Shown: positions 38,747 to 47,097 of the stretch, in pieces
Position numbering within the stretch: position 1 is the stretch's first letter
Layout: every line of letters begins with the position of its first letter
Origin: Alkalispirochaeta sp.
GTDB lineage: Bacteria; Spirochaetota; Spirochaetia; DSM-27196; Alkalispirochaetaceae
Length of the DNA stretch: 64,000 nucleotides
NCBI GenBank assembly: GCA_965242725.1
Contig: CBDESZ010000026.1
Coordinates: 85,399 to 149,398 of the forward strand
Direction: 5' to 3'
The notes under the pieces: generated by a model
The model's input: only the letters and a program-made list of their open reading frames with translations
Told to the model about the DNA's origin: nothing
Database searches by the model: none
Position numbers and translations under genes: made by a program

Positions 38747-39762
38747 TGATGTGGGACGGTTTCCCGGAAATACGCCGGGAGCTCGACCGCGTCAAATCGG
38801 AAATCCTCCGGGAGGTATCCCGTCCCGGAGGAAAAATCACTGAAGGACTGGTAGAATTGTTCTCCCGGGACGCAAAGCTTTTGCGTCCCGCCTTCACGAT
38901 TTTGGCGGCACGAATACAGAACGGCGGTCGGGCTGCGGAAGAAAAAATAATAAAAATTGCGGCTGCCCTTGAAATGCTGCACGTGGCATCCCTCATTCAT
39001 GACGACATCGTCGATGATGCAAACCGGAGAAGGGGCGGTGAAGCGCTCCACCGTCGCTACGGTGACCGGACGGCGGTTCTCATGGGGGACTATCTCTTTG
39101 CAAAGTGCTTTTCCCTCGTCTCCGAATATGCGAGACCGGAAAACGCAACGCTGGTGAGTGCCGTCGTGGGTCATCTCATTGAGTCGGAAGTTTCCGAATA
39201 CGCCGACAGCGGTGAAGACGAATGGTCCGTCAGAAGCTATTTGCACCGGGTCATCGGAAAAACGGCGGTCCTTTTTTCCCTCAGTTTTCATCTCGGAGCT
39301 GCAGAGGCGGCGGCCGAGGATGATGATTCTCTCACGGTGGAAATACTCAGGCGCGTCGGATACAACGTCGGTATCGGTTTTCAAATCATAGACGACGTAT
39401 TGGATATTTTCGGCGAAAGCAAGACGACGGGCAAACCCCTCGGGACGGACCTGAAGCAGGGTATTCTTACCCTCCCGGTCATCCTCGCCGCCAACAATGG
39501 GCAGCGGGCACGTCTCATTCGCGTATTGGAGCGCATATCCCGACGGTCCTCCCGCACATACGGTCTTCTCAGGTTATGGGAAAATCGAGCCCTGGACGAA
39601 GTTCGTCTTCGCATTGAGGAGGCGGGGGGACGGCATGGAGCTCTCGCTGCGGCGGAGCTGTACACCCGCAGGGCCCACCGGGAAATGAGGCGTCTTCCCG
39701 AAACACGGGACCGTGATATTCTCAGAACGGTAACGACACAGCTTCTTTCACGGGCAAGTTGA
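38746..39762 (+). CDS. Polyprenyl diphosphate synthase (HepT/IspB family)
   Basis: LIHDDIVD...RRG, GKTA, FQIIDDVLD; TGATG coupling with NDH-2. Confidence 0.92.
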   Translation: MMWDGFPEIRRELDRVKSEILREVSRPGGKITEGLVELFSRDAKLLRPAFTILAARIQNGGRAAEEKIIKIAAALEMLHVASLIHDDIVDDANRRRGGEALHRRYGDRTAVLMGDYLFAKCFSLVSEYARPENATLVSAVVGHLIESEVSEYADSGEDEWSVRSYLHRVIGKTAVLFSLSFHLGAAEAAAEDDDSLTVEILRRVGYNVGIGFQIIDDVLDIFGESKTTGKPLGTDLKQGILTLPVILAANNGQRARLIRVLERISRRSSRTYGLLRLWENRALDEVRLRIEEAGGRHGALAAAELYTRRAHREMRRLPETRDRDILRTVTTQLLSRAS

Positions 39763-39815
39763 CCCGATCCGTCGTCGTGATATAGTACGATGCATGGGAC
39801 GGCACCGGTAGAGGC

Positions 39816-40487
39816 ATGAAGATGACGGAACGGGGTGGTGAAAGCAGAGACCGCATCCTTGACGGTGCGGAACAGCTTTTCAGTAAAAGGGGATACAACG
39901 CCGTCTCCCTCCTTGATGTGGCAAAAGCGGTGCACATGCGGAAACCCTCTCTCTACCACCACTTCCCCGGCGGAAAGGAAGAGCTGTTTACGGCAGTCCA
40001 TGAACGGATGTTTGCCCGAATCGGCGACGCCCTCGACACCCTCCTTGTGGGGGTGTCCGATGAAGCGGGCGACGGCGATAATCTTCTTGAAAAGGGACTC
40101 TATGCGGCTGCGGGGTGGTTTCTCAGGCAGCCGCCGATGTTCCTGTTGTCGATGCTCCACAACGATATGCCCGACTTGAGCGACGAGGCGCAACAGCGGC
40201 TCATTGCGTCCAGTTACGGTGTAATAATGGGACCCCTGGTGGATCTCGTCCGGCGTGCATCTGAACGGGGCGATGCAAAGGGGATCAATCCTCACATCAT
40301 TGCCGGCGGATTTCTTTCACTCCTTGAAGGAACAATGATCGCCTCCGGTATGGGATTCGGCGCCGATGTATCTGCAATGGTCTACTCCAGCGTGGATATG
40401 CTTGTCTACGGCGCGGCAACGCCTCATGCGGTCACAAGGGGTGCGGTATCGCCCGATGCGCCGGGCACTTCCGTAAAGAAGGGGTAG
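39816..40487 (+). CDS. TetR/AcrR family regulator
   Basis: ILDGAEQLFSKRGY...KPSLYHHFPGGKEEL. Confidence 0.9.
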   Translation: MKMTERGGESRDRILDGAEQLFSKRGYNAVSLLDVAKAVHMRKPSLYHHFPGGKEELFTAVHERMFARIGDALDTLLVGVSDEAGDGDNLLEKGLYAAAGWFLRQPPMFLLSMLHNDMPDLSDEAQQRLIASSYGVIMGPLVDLVRRASERGDAKGINPHIIAGGFLSLLEGTMIASGMGFGADVSAMVYSSVDMLVYGAATPHAVTRGAVSPDAPGTSVKKG

Positions 40488-40497
40488 ACGCCTGGCC

Positions 40498-41655
40498 ATG
40501 CGACTGGTCCTTGTCGGTGGAGGACATGGACATCTTGCAGTAATTCACGCAATTCCGGAATTGCGGCGCCTGGGATACGACGTTACCGTTATTGACCCGT
40601 CTCCGTACCTGTGTTACTCGGGAATGCTTGCGTCCGTCATCGGCGCCTCCGTAGAGCGGTCTGCCTGTATGATTCCAATTGCCCGGATGACGGAGACGCA
40701 GAGCGCCTCCTTCGTCGGCGCGGCGGTGAAACGCATAGACACGGAACAGAGAACGCTCGTTCTCTCCGACGGCTCATCCCTTCCGTGGGACATCCTCAGT
40801 TGCGCCGTGGGGAGCAGAACGTTCTGCTCGTTGCCGGCGGGGTACGCCGACCGGACGAAGATCATACCGTTGAAACCCTTTTCCACCGCAACCCTGGATA
40901 TTCTCGATGAAATTGACGGTCCCGCGCGTATCGCCGTCATCGGGGGCGGAGCGTCCGGAGTGGAACTGGCCGGAAATCTCAGACGACGCTTCGAAAACAG
41001 CGCGTCCGAGGAGCGTGTTGATGTAACGCTTTTCAGCGCCGGAAGGCGTCTTGTCTCAGATCTTCCCGATGCAGCAGGTGACTACGCCCACTCAAGCCTC
41101 ACCGCCTCGGGGGTTGTGGTTCACCTGGGAATGAGGGTGACCTCTGTAGAGAATGGATACATTTTCCCTGATGCGTCGGCGAAGCCATTCGGTCCCTACG
41201 ACCTCGTCATCATGGCGACGGGATTTGAGGTGCCTCCCGTGTTCAGGGAGTCGGGATTGCAGGTGGAACGTGACGGTTCTCTTGTTGTCGCGCCGACCCT
41301 GAAGGTCGTCGGACAACCGATCTTTGCCGTCGGCGATTGTGCAGCGATAGGAGACTACAATCTTGCGAGGGTCGGCGTCCACGCGCTCCGACAGGGACGG
41401 GTCCTTCTGGACAATCTGCGGAAAATTGCCGGCGGTACGGCTCTTCGCTCGTATCAACCTGCACCAAAGTATCTGCAGATCATCAACCCCGGTGACGGTA
41501 CGGCTGTCGCGGTACGGGGCAATTGGGTCGGGAAAGGCCGATTCTGGATGGTCCTGAAAGAACGCATCGACTGGTCCTATGTGCGTACCGAGGGACGTTC
41601 CATAGTTCCTTCTCTTGCGCCGCCGCCCCGGCCCGGCGGAAGGCCCCGGTCGTGA
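40498..41655 (+). CDS. FAD-dependent pyridine nucleotide-disulfide oxidoreductase (like the N-terminal domain of SelD fusions)
   Basis: VGGGHGH, YSGML, GGGASGVELA, FAVGDCA, GVHALRQG, LKERID. Confidence 0.8.
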   Translation: MRLVLVGGGHGHLAVIHAIPELRRLGYDVTVIDPSPYLCYSGMLASVIGASVERSACMIPIARMTETQSASFVGAAVKRIDTEQRTLVLSDGSSLPWDILSCAVGSRTFCSLPAGYADRTKIIPLKPFSTATLDILDEIDGPARIAVIGGGASGVELAGNLRRRFENSASEERVDVTLFSAGRRLVSDLPDAAGDYAHSSLTASGVVVHLGMRVTSVENGYIFPDASAKPFGPYDLVIMATGFEVPPVFRESGLQVERDGSLVVAPTLKVVGQPIFAVGDCAAIGDYNLARVGVHALRQGRVLLDNLRKIAGGTALRSYQPAPKYLQIINPGDGTAVAVRGNWVGKGRFWMVLKERIDWSYVRTEGRSIVPSLAPPPRPGGRPRS

Positions 41656-41659
41656 CGGC

Positions 41660-42574
41660 TTACGTCGCCGTGTGAGGCGCGCTGCGGGCGACAATTCCCA
41701 TGATACGGTAGGTGAGTTCCGCGGCTGTGTAATTCCACACGTGAAAGCCGGAAATCGGCGCCAGCTCAACGACGTCAAATGCGACGATTTTCGTCCTCTC
41801 TGCAAGGGAGTGAACGATCGAGAGCAGCTGATACCATCCCAGCCCTCCCGGTACGGGGGTGCCCGTCGCGGCCATGAGTGACCCATCCAGGCCGTCCACA
41901 TCGACGGTCAGGTATGCGAGCTCAGGGAACCCGTCGGGAAGTTCTATTGACGAGATGCCTTCGGGAACGATATCGGCGGCATCGTGATACCAGATGGGGG
42001 TGTCGGCGTCGGCGGTGTGGGTGTGGCGATAGACCACCTCCTCAGGTGAGAGGGAACGGACTCCGATTTGCAGAACCGGTACTCCCTGATCCTCGTGTAT
42101 CCGCCGTACCACGCAGGCGTGACTGTTTTTGTCACCCTCATACTCGTCGCGGAGATCTCCATGGGCGTCGATTTGAATCAGCCCGACGGGGGCGTCCCTG
42201 CCCAGCCCTTCCCTGACACCCCGGACTGCCGGTGCAGTGATTGAGTGTTCTCCTCCGAGGAGAACGGGAATCCCGCGTCGTTCTTTGCCCCGGTACAGGA
42301 CGTCGCGAACCGCGTCGGTAATGCGGGGGAAGACCTCGTCGGCGGTTCCGGTACAATCAACCGCCCGGTGGGTGTGTATTCCCTCTTCACCGGGAGTGCC
42401 GACGCCGTCAAATACCTCAAGCTGATCGCTTGCTTCCAGAATTGCCGCCGGACCTCCCGCGGTCCCGCCGCCGTAGGATACCGTCGCCTCATAGGGAACG
42501 GGTAGTACGTGAAAAAGGGCGTGTTCAAGGGGGTATTGGGAGAATTCACTTCCAAGAAAGAGACGATCCGTCAT
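41660..42574 (-). CDS. speB: Agmatinase
   Basis: GGEHSIT, DAHGDLRD, DVDGLD, ATGTPVPGGL, DVVELAP. Confidence 0.92.
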   Translation of the reverse strand: MTDRLFLGSEFSQYPLEHALFHVLPVPYEATVSYGGGTAGGPAAILEASDQLEVFDGVGTPGEEGIHTHRAVDCTGTADEVFPRITDAVRDVLYRGKERRGIPVLLGGEHSITAPAVRGVREGLGRDAPVGLIQIDAHGDLRDEYEGDKNSHACVVRRIHEDQGVPVLQIGVRSLSPEEVVYRHTHTADADTPIWYHDAADIVPEGISSIELPDGFPELAYLTVDVDGLDGSLMAATGTPVPGGLGWYQLLSIVHSLAERTKIVAFDVVELAPISGFHVWNYTAAELTYRIMGIVARSAPHTAT

Positions 42575-43863
42575 GTCATCACACCTCCCAGTCGATTTCT
42601 GAAATCGCCGTACTCCGGCCGCCGGAGGGAGACGACGCGCTGCTCCCGGGAATCCCAAACGGCGATCGTCGGTATGGGTATGCCGTTGAAGCTTGTCGTC
42701 TTGACCATCGTGTAATGGCTCATGTCGTCAAAGATAATGCGGTCTCCCCGCTGCAGGGGGAGATCAAATGAGTAATCTCCAATGACGTCGCCGGCGAGAC
42801 ACGTCTGACCACCCAATCGGTAGAGATGATTTTTTTCTCCCGGTCGTCCCGAACCCCAGACCTCCGGGCGATACGGCATTTCCAGCGTGTCCGGCATATG
42901 GGCGGTGGCGGAGGTATCGAGTATCGCGATATCCCCGTCATTCCTGTGGAGGTCCATCACGGAGGTGACAAGAATTCCTGAATGGATCGCCGCCGCCTCT
43001 CCCGGTTCAAGAATAATTTCCAGGTCATACTTTTTTCGCGCTTCAGTTATGAGTTGAACCAGATGATCCCGGTCGTAGAAGGGTTTGGTGATGTGATGGC
43101 CCCCGCCCATGTTGAGCCACCTGATGGCAGGGAGTTCAAGTATGTCGCCGAAATCCCGGTAGACCGCTTCCAGTGTCCGCTCAAGGGCGTGGGAGTCGTT
43201 CTCGCAGAGCGTATGGAAATGGAGGCCCGTGATGCCACGTAACGCCTCCGCCGGAGTCTCTCCCTCCATTTGCCGGTTCAGCTCGTCCCTGTTGATTCCG
43301 AGTCGGGAATAGGGGGCGCATGGATCATAGATCGGATGATCGCCGATGGAACAGCGGGGATTGATCCGCAGTCCGTAGGCGGGCGTTCCGCCCGCCGAAC
43401 GACGTTCCCCGCGATCGCCGGCGGAATGTACATGCAGGCGCAGCTGGTTCAGGGAGTTGAAGATGACGTGCCGGGAGATACGGGAGATTTCGGCAAAATC
43501 GTCGGGCGCGTAGGCGGGAGCGTATGTATGGACTTCAAAGGCATCGTCTCCGCCGGCGATTTCTCTTCCAAAGGTCGCCTCGTACATGCCGCTCGCACAC
43601 GCGCCGTGAAGGTACCGTCTGGCGAGATACATCACCTCCGGCATTGAAAAAGCCTTGAGAGCGAGCAGAATTTTCGCCCCTCCACGGTCCGCCGTCTCCC
43701 GAAGGATCCTGAGGTTGTACTCGACGGCGGAACGGTCTACCACATAGGCAGGCGTCGGAAGAAGAGATGGGTCAAATCCGACAAAGTACGGACGGTCGTC
43801 GGGTTTGTAGGGGCGGGGATCGGCGAGTGCCGAACCGCCCGGGTCTGACGAGCCATGGATCAT
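42571..43863 (-). CDS. nspC: Carboxy(nor)spermidine decarboxylase
   Basis: LALKAF, YDPCAPYSRLG, HFHTLCE, GGGHHIT, HMPDTLEMPY, HYTMVKTTSFNG. Confidence 0.93.
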   Translation of the reverse strand: MIHGSSDPGGSALADPRPYKPDDRPYFVGFDPSLLPTPAYVVDRSAVEYNLRILRETADRGGAKILLALKAFSMPEVMYLARRYLHGACASGMYEATFGREIAGGDDAFEVHTYAPAYAPDDFAEISRISRHVIFNSLNQLRLHVHSAGDRGERRSAGGTPAYGLRINPRCSIGDHPIYDPCAPYSRLGINRDELNRQMEGETPAEALRGITGLHFHTLCENDSHALERTLEAVYRDFGDILELPAIRWLNMGGGHHITKPFYDRDHLVQLITEARKKYDLEIILEPGEAAAIHSGILVTSVMDLHRNDGDIAILDTSATAHMPDTLEMPYRPEVWGSGRPGEKNHLYRLGGQTCLAGDVIGDYSFDLPLQRGDRIIFDDMSHYTMVKTTSFNGIPIPTIAVWDSREQRVVSLRRPEYGDFRNRLGGVMT

Positions 43864-45080
43864 AGCGGCGCAACCGTCGGCGGCTGCTGCAGCGTCCAGG
43901 GCAGGCCGTAACGGTTCAGATCTTCCATGAAGGGATCGGGATCAAGCTCTTCCATGTTCCAGACACCCGGTGTGCGCCACGTCCCCTGGAGGATCATCTT
44001 TGCCCCGATCATTGCGGGGACTCCCGTGGTATAGCTTATCGCCTGACTGCCCACCTCGCGGTACGCGTCCTGATGGTCACAGATGTTATAGAGATAGACC
44101 CTCCCGTCCCCTTCGGCGTTCGGATCGATCTTTGTACCTTCGGCTATGACGCCGATGCACGTTTTGCCCCGGGTATCGGCACCCAGAGTCGACGGTTCCG
44201 GCAGAACCGCTTTGAGAAACTGCAGGGGAACGATCGAGACACCCTGATACTCGACGGGATCGATGCGTGTCATGCCCACGTTCTGCAACACCTCGAGATG
44301 TTTGAGATAGTTGGGAGAGAAACTCATCCAGAACCGTGCGGTTCGTATGGAAGGAAAGTTTTTGACCAGGCTTTCCAGCTCTTCATGGTACATGCGATAG
44401 ATTTCATAGGTTCCCACCTCTTCGGGACAGGTGAAAGAACGATGGGTGCTCATCGCGGGGGTCTCCACAAAGCGGCCGTCTTCCCAGTGTCTGCACGGCG
44501 CCGTAACCTCCCGGATGTTGATCTCCGGATTGAAATTCGTCGCAAACGCCTTGCCGTGGTCACCGCCGTTGACGTCGACGATATCAAGCTGACGGATCTC
44601 TTTCAGCAGATGTTTGGCGATCCACGCGGTGTAGACGTTGGTAACGCCTGGATCGAATCCGCTGCCCAGGACGGCGGTCAGGCCGGCGTCCCGGAATTTA
44701 TCCCGAAATTCCCACTGCCGGGCGTATTCAAACTTTGCCGAATCGGGGGATTCGTAGTTGGCGGTGTCCAGATAATGGACTCCTGCGCGAAGGCACCCTT
44801 CCATTATCGTCAGATCCTGATAGGGAAGGGCGACGTTGATCACGAGATCCGGAGAAAGCTCCGTGAAGAGTGCGACGAGCCTGTCCACGTCGTCTGCGTC
44901 TATCTGTCGCGTCGATATGGAGACTCCCGTCCGTTCTTTCACGGACGCGGCAATTGCATCGCATTTCCGGAGTGTCCGGCTCGCGAGCGTGATGTCGTCA
45001 AAAACCGTAGAAACCTGTGCACATTTGTGGGCAACGACGGAACCGACGCCGCCGGCTCCGATGATTATTACACGTCCCAT
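43860..45080 (-). CDS. Carboxy(nor)spermidine dehydrogenase (saccharopine dehydrogenase family)
   Basis: GAGGVG, NVALPYQDL, GSGFDPGVT, FATNFNPEINIRE, SYTTGVP; adjacent to nspC. Confidence 0.92.
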   Translation of the reverse strand: MGRVIIIGAGGVGSVVAHKCAQVSTVFDDITLASRTLRKCDAIAASVKERTGVSISTRQIDADDVDRLVALFTELSPDLVINVALPYQDLTIMEGCLRAGVHYLDTANYESPDSAKFEYARQWEFRDKFRDAGLTAVLGSGFDPGVTNVYTAWIAKHLLKEIRQLDIVDVNGGDHGKAFATNFNPEINIREVTAPCRHWEDGRFVETPAMSTHRSFTCPEEVGTYEIYRMYHEELESLVKNFPSIRTARFWMSFSPNYLKHLEVLQNVGMTRIDPVEYQGVSIVPLQFLKAVLPEPSTLGADTRGKTCIGVIAEGTKIDPNAEGDGRVYLYNICDHQDAYREVGSQAISYTTGVPAMIGAKMILQGTWRTPGVWNMEELDPDPFMEDLNRYGLPWTLQQPPTVAPL

Positions 45081-45113
45081 GAGAACTCCTTCCGTATATG
45101 CTCGTATCGCGCA

Positions 45114-47027
45114 CTACCGCTCAAAATAGGTATAACCCCGCATGCTTTCTTCATAGGCGCTCAGAATCGCCCGTCGCTGCTGGGGAGAAATGGTACCCGT
45201 TCGCACCGCGTCCTCCGCCTTCTGCCGGAAGAGTTCAATCAGCTCCCGGGGTTGATATTCCACGTAGCTCAGGACGTCGGAAATCGAGTCCCCTTCAATC
45301 TCCCTAACAAAGTCGAAAGAGCCGTCGCCGTTGATTCTGACGCTCACCACATGGGTGTCACCGAGAAGATTGTGGAGATCCCCCAGAGTCTCCTGATACG
45401 CCCCGACGAGGAAAATGCCGAGATAATACTCCTCGTTCGCCTTCATCTCATGGAGGGGAATCGTCTTTCGCACGTCATGCAAATCCGCAAAGGTATCGAT
45501 CTTGCCGTCGGAGTCACAGGTGATATCAGCGAGGATAGCTTGACGAGCGGGTTCCTCGGTGAGGCGGTGTATCGGCATGACCGGGAAGATCTGGTCTATC
45601 GCCCACACGTCGGGCAAGCTCTGAAAGACCGAAAAATTGCCGTAATAGGTGTCATAGAGTGACCCCGTGAGATCTTCCAGCTCCCGGGGAACCCGTTTCA
45701 CCTTACCGAGGAGACGGGAAATCCCGATGATAATATCCAGAAAGAGGTTATCCGCCAGCGCGCGATGCCGCAGCGTCACATGTCCGAACTGGAAGTCTTC
45801 CCGTACTTCCTCACGATAGTATACGGCGTCGTTGTAGCACTCCTGAAGGTTTCGCACGGTCATGCTCTGGCGCACCTCGAAGAGGTTTCTGATCGAGTCG
45901 GGGGCGTCTTCAGGAGGCGTCTCGGGAATCGGTCCCGGCCGTGACTCCGTGACGTCGAGGATATTGAAGAGAAGGATCGACGAATACGCTACGGTTGCCC
46001 TTCCGCTCTCGGTTATGATGGTGGGGTGGGGGATTTCCTTTTCATCAAATACCGACTGAAGCACTTCAACGACGTCCCAGGTGTACTCGTCGAGATTGTA
46101 GTTTTTGCTGTGGACGAAGTTTGTCTGACTGCCGTCATAATCCACGGCAAGACCGCCGCCGATGTCTATGTACCCCATGGGGCACCCTTCCGCGACGAGG
46201 TCGGCGTAAAAGCGCGCCGTTTCCCTGACTGCCGTCCGTATATCCCTGATGTTGGGAATCTGGCTTCCAAGGTGGTAGTGAAGAAGACGCACCGAATCGA
46301 GCATCTCCTCCTTCTTGAGGGTATCGATGAGATCGACAACCTGTCCCGTCGTGAGCCCGAAAATTGAATTGTCACCTCCGGAATCCTGCCAGTGCCCTCC
46401 GGCGCGGCTGGAAAGCTTGAGACGGATACCGATAAGCGGCTTTATTCCCAGCGTTCTGCTGCGGTCGAGGATGGTGGGAAGTTCCGTCGGAGTTTCGATG
46501 ACGAAGAAGACGTTGTATCCCATTCGCGTCGTCTGGAGCCCCAGATCGATGAACTCCGGATCTTTATACCCGTTGCATACGATCAGGCTTTCCTTGGAGG
46601 GCAGCTTTGCCAGGGCAATGAGGAGTTCAGCCTTACTGCCCGCTTCAAGTCCGTGGTGATACCGCTTGCCGAAGCGTGTCATTTCGTCGATGACCTGGGC
46701 CTGCTGGTTGACCTTGATGGGAAAGACCCCTTTGTAGCTTCCGGTATAGCCGTTTCCCGCAATTGACGAACGAAAACTTTCATTCAAACGGGACATTTGC
46801 TGGTCCAGAAGATTTTCAACCCGGAGCAGCACAGGCATGCTGAACCCGCGGGCGTCCAGACCGTCGATGATATCCATGAGACTGACGGAAACCGGTTTTC
46901 CGTCAACATCAACGCGAACGATGACCTCTCCCGCCTCGGAGAGGTCGAAATAACCGGCTCCCCATTCCTTGATTCCATAGGCGTTTGCGGAATCACCGGT
47001 TGTCCATTGTTTGTGTATTTTTTGCAT
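45114..47027 (-). CDS. speA: Biosynthetic arginine decarboxylase
   Basis: FPIKVNQ, GLEAGSKAEL, HYHLGSQI, GGGLAVDYDG, DITCDSDG, GAYQETLG. Confidence 0.95.
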   Translation of the reverse strand: MQKIHKQWTTGDSANAYGIKEWGAGYFDLSEAGEVIVRVDVDGKPVSVSLMDIIDGLDARGFSMPVLLRVENLLDQQMSRLNESFRSSIAGNGYTGSYKGVFPIKVNQQAQVIDEMTRFGKRYHHGLEAGSKAELLIALAKLPSKESLIVCNGYKDPEFIDLGLQTTRMGYNVFFVIETPTELPTILDRSRTLGIKPLIGIRLKLSSRAGGHWQDSGGDNSIFGLTTGQVVDLIDTLKKEEMLDSVRLLHYHLGSQIPNIRDIRTAVRETARFYADLVAEGCPMGYIDIGGGLAVDYDGSQTNFVHSKNYNLDEYTWDVVEVLQSVFDEKEIPHPTIITESGRATVAYSSILLFNILDVTESRPGPIPETPPEDAPDSIRNLFEVRQSMTVRNLQECYNDAVYYREEVREDFQFGHVTLRHRALADNLFLDIIIGISRLLGKVKRVPRELEDLTGSLYDTYYGNFSVFQSLPDVWAIDQIFPVMPIHRLTEEPARQAILADITCDSDGKIDTFADLHDVRKTIPLHEMKANEEYYLGIFLVGAYQETLGDLHNLLGDTHVVSVRINGDGSFDFVREIEGDSISDVLSYVEYQPRELIELFRQKAEDAVRTGTISPQQRRAILSAYEESMRGYTYFER

Positions 47028-47097
47028 CCCGGAAATGAGGATACATAATGCGCGGCCCGGTGTAAATCGGCGCGGAATATGACATGATGACTTCGTC

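Noticed and set aside
44073..45662. 529-aa plus-strand ORF, and similar long ORFs such as 159-1373, 47122-48243 and 4918-5847
   Set aside because: They lie antisense to well-supported genes, carry no motifs, and are expected shadows of GC-rich codon bias
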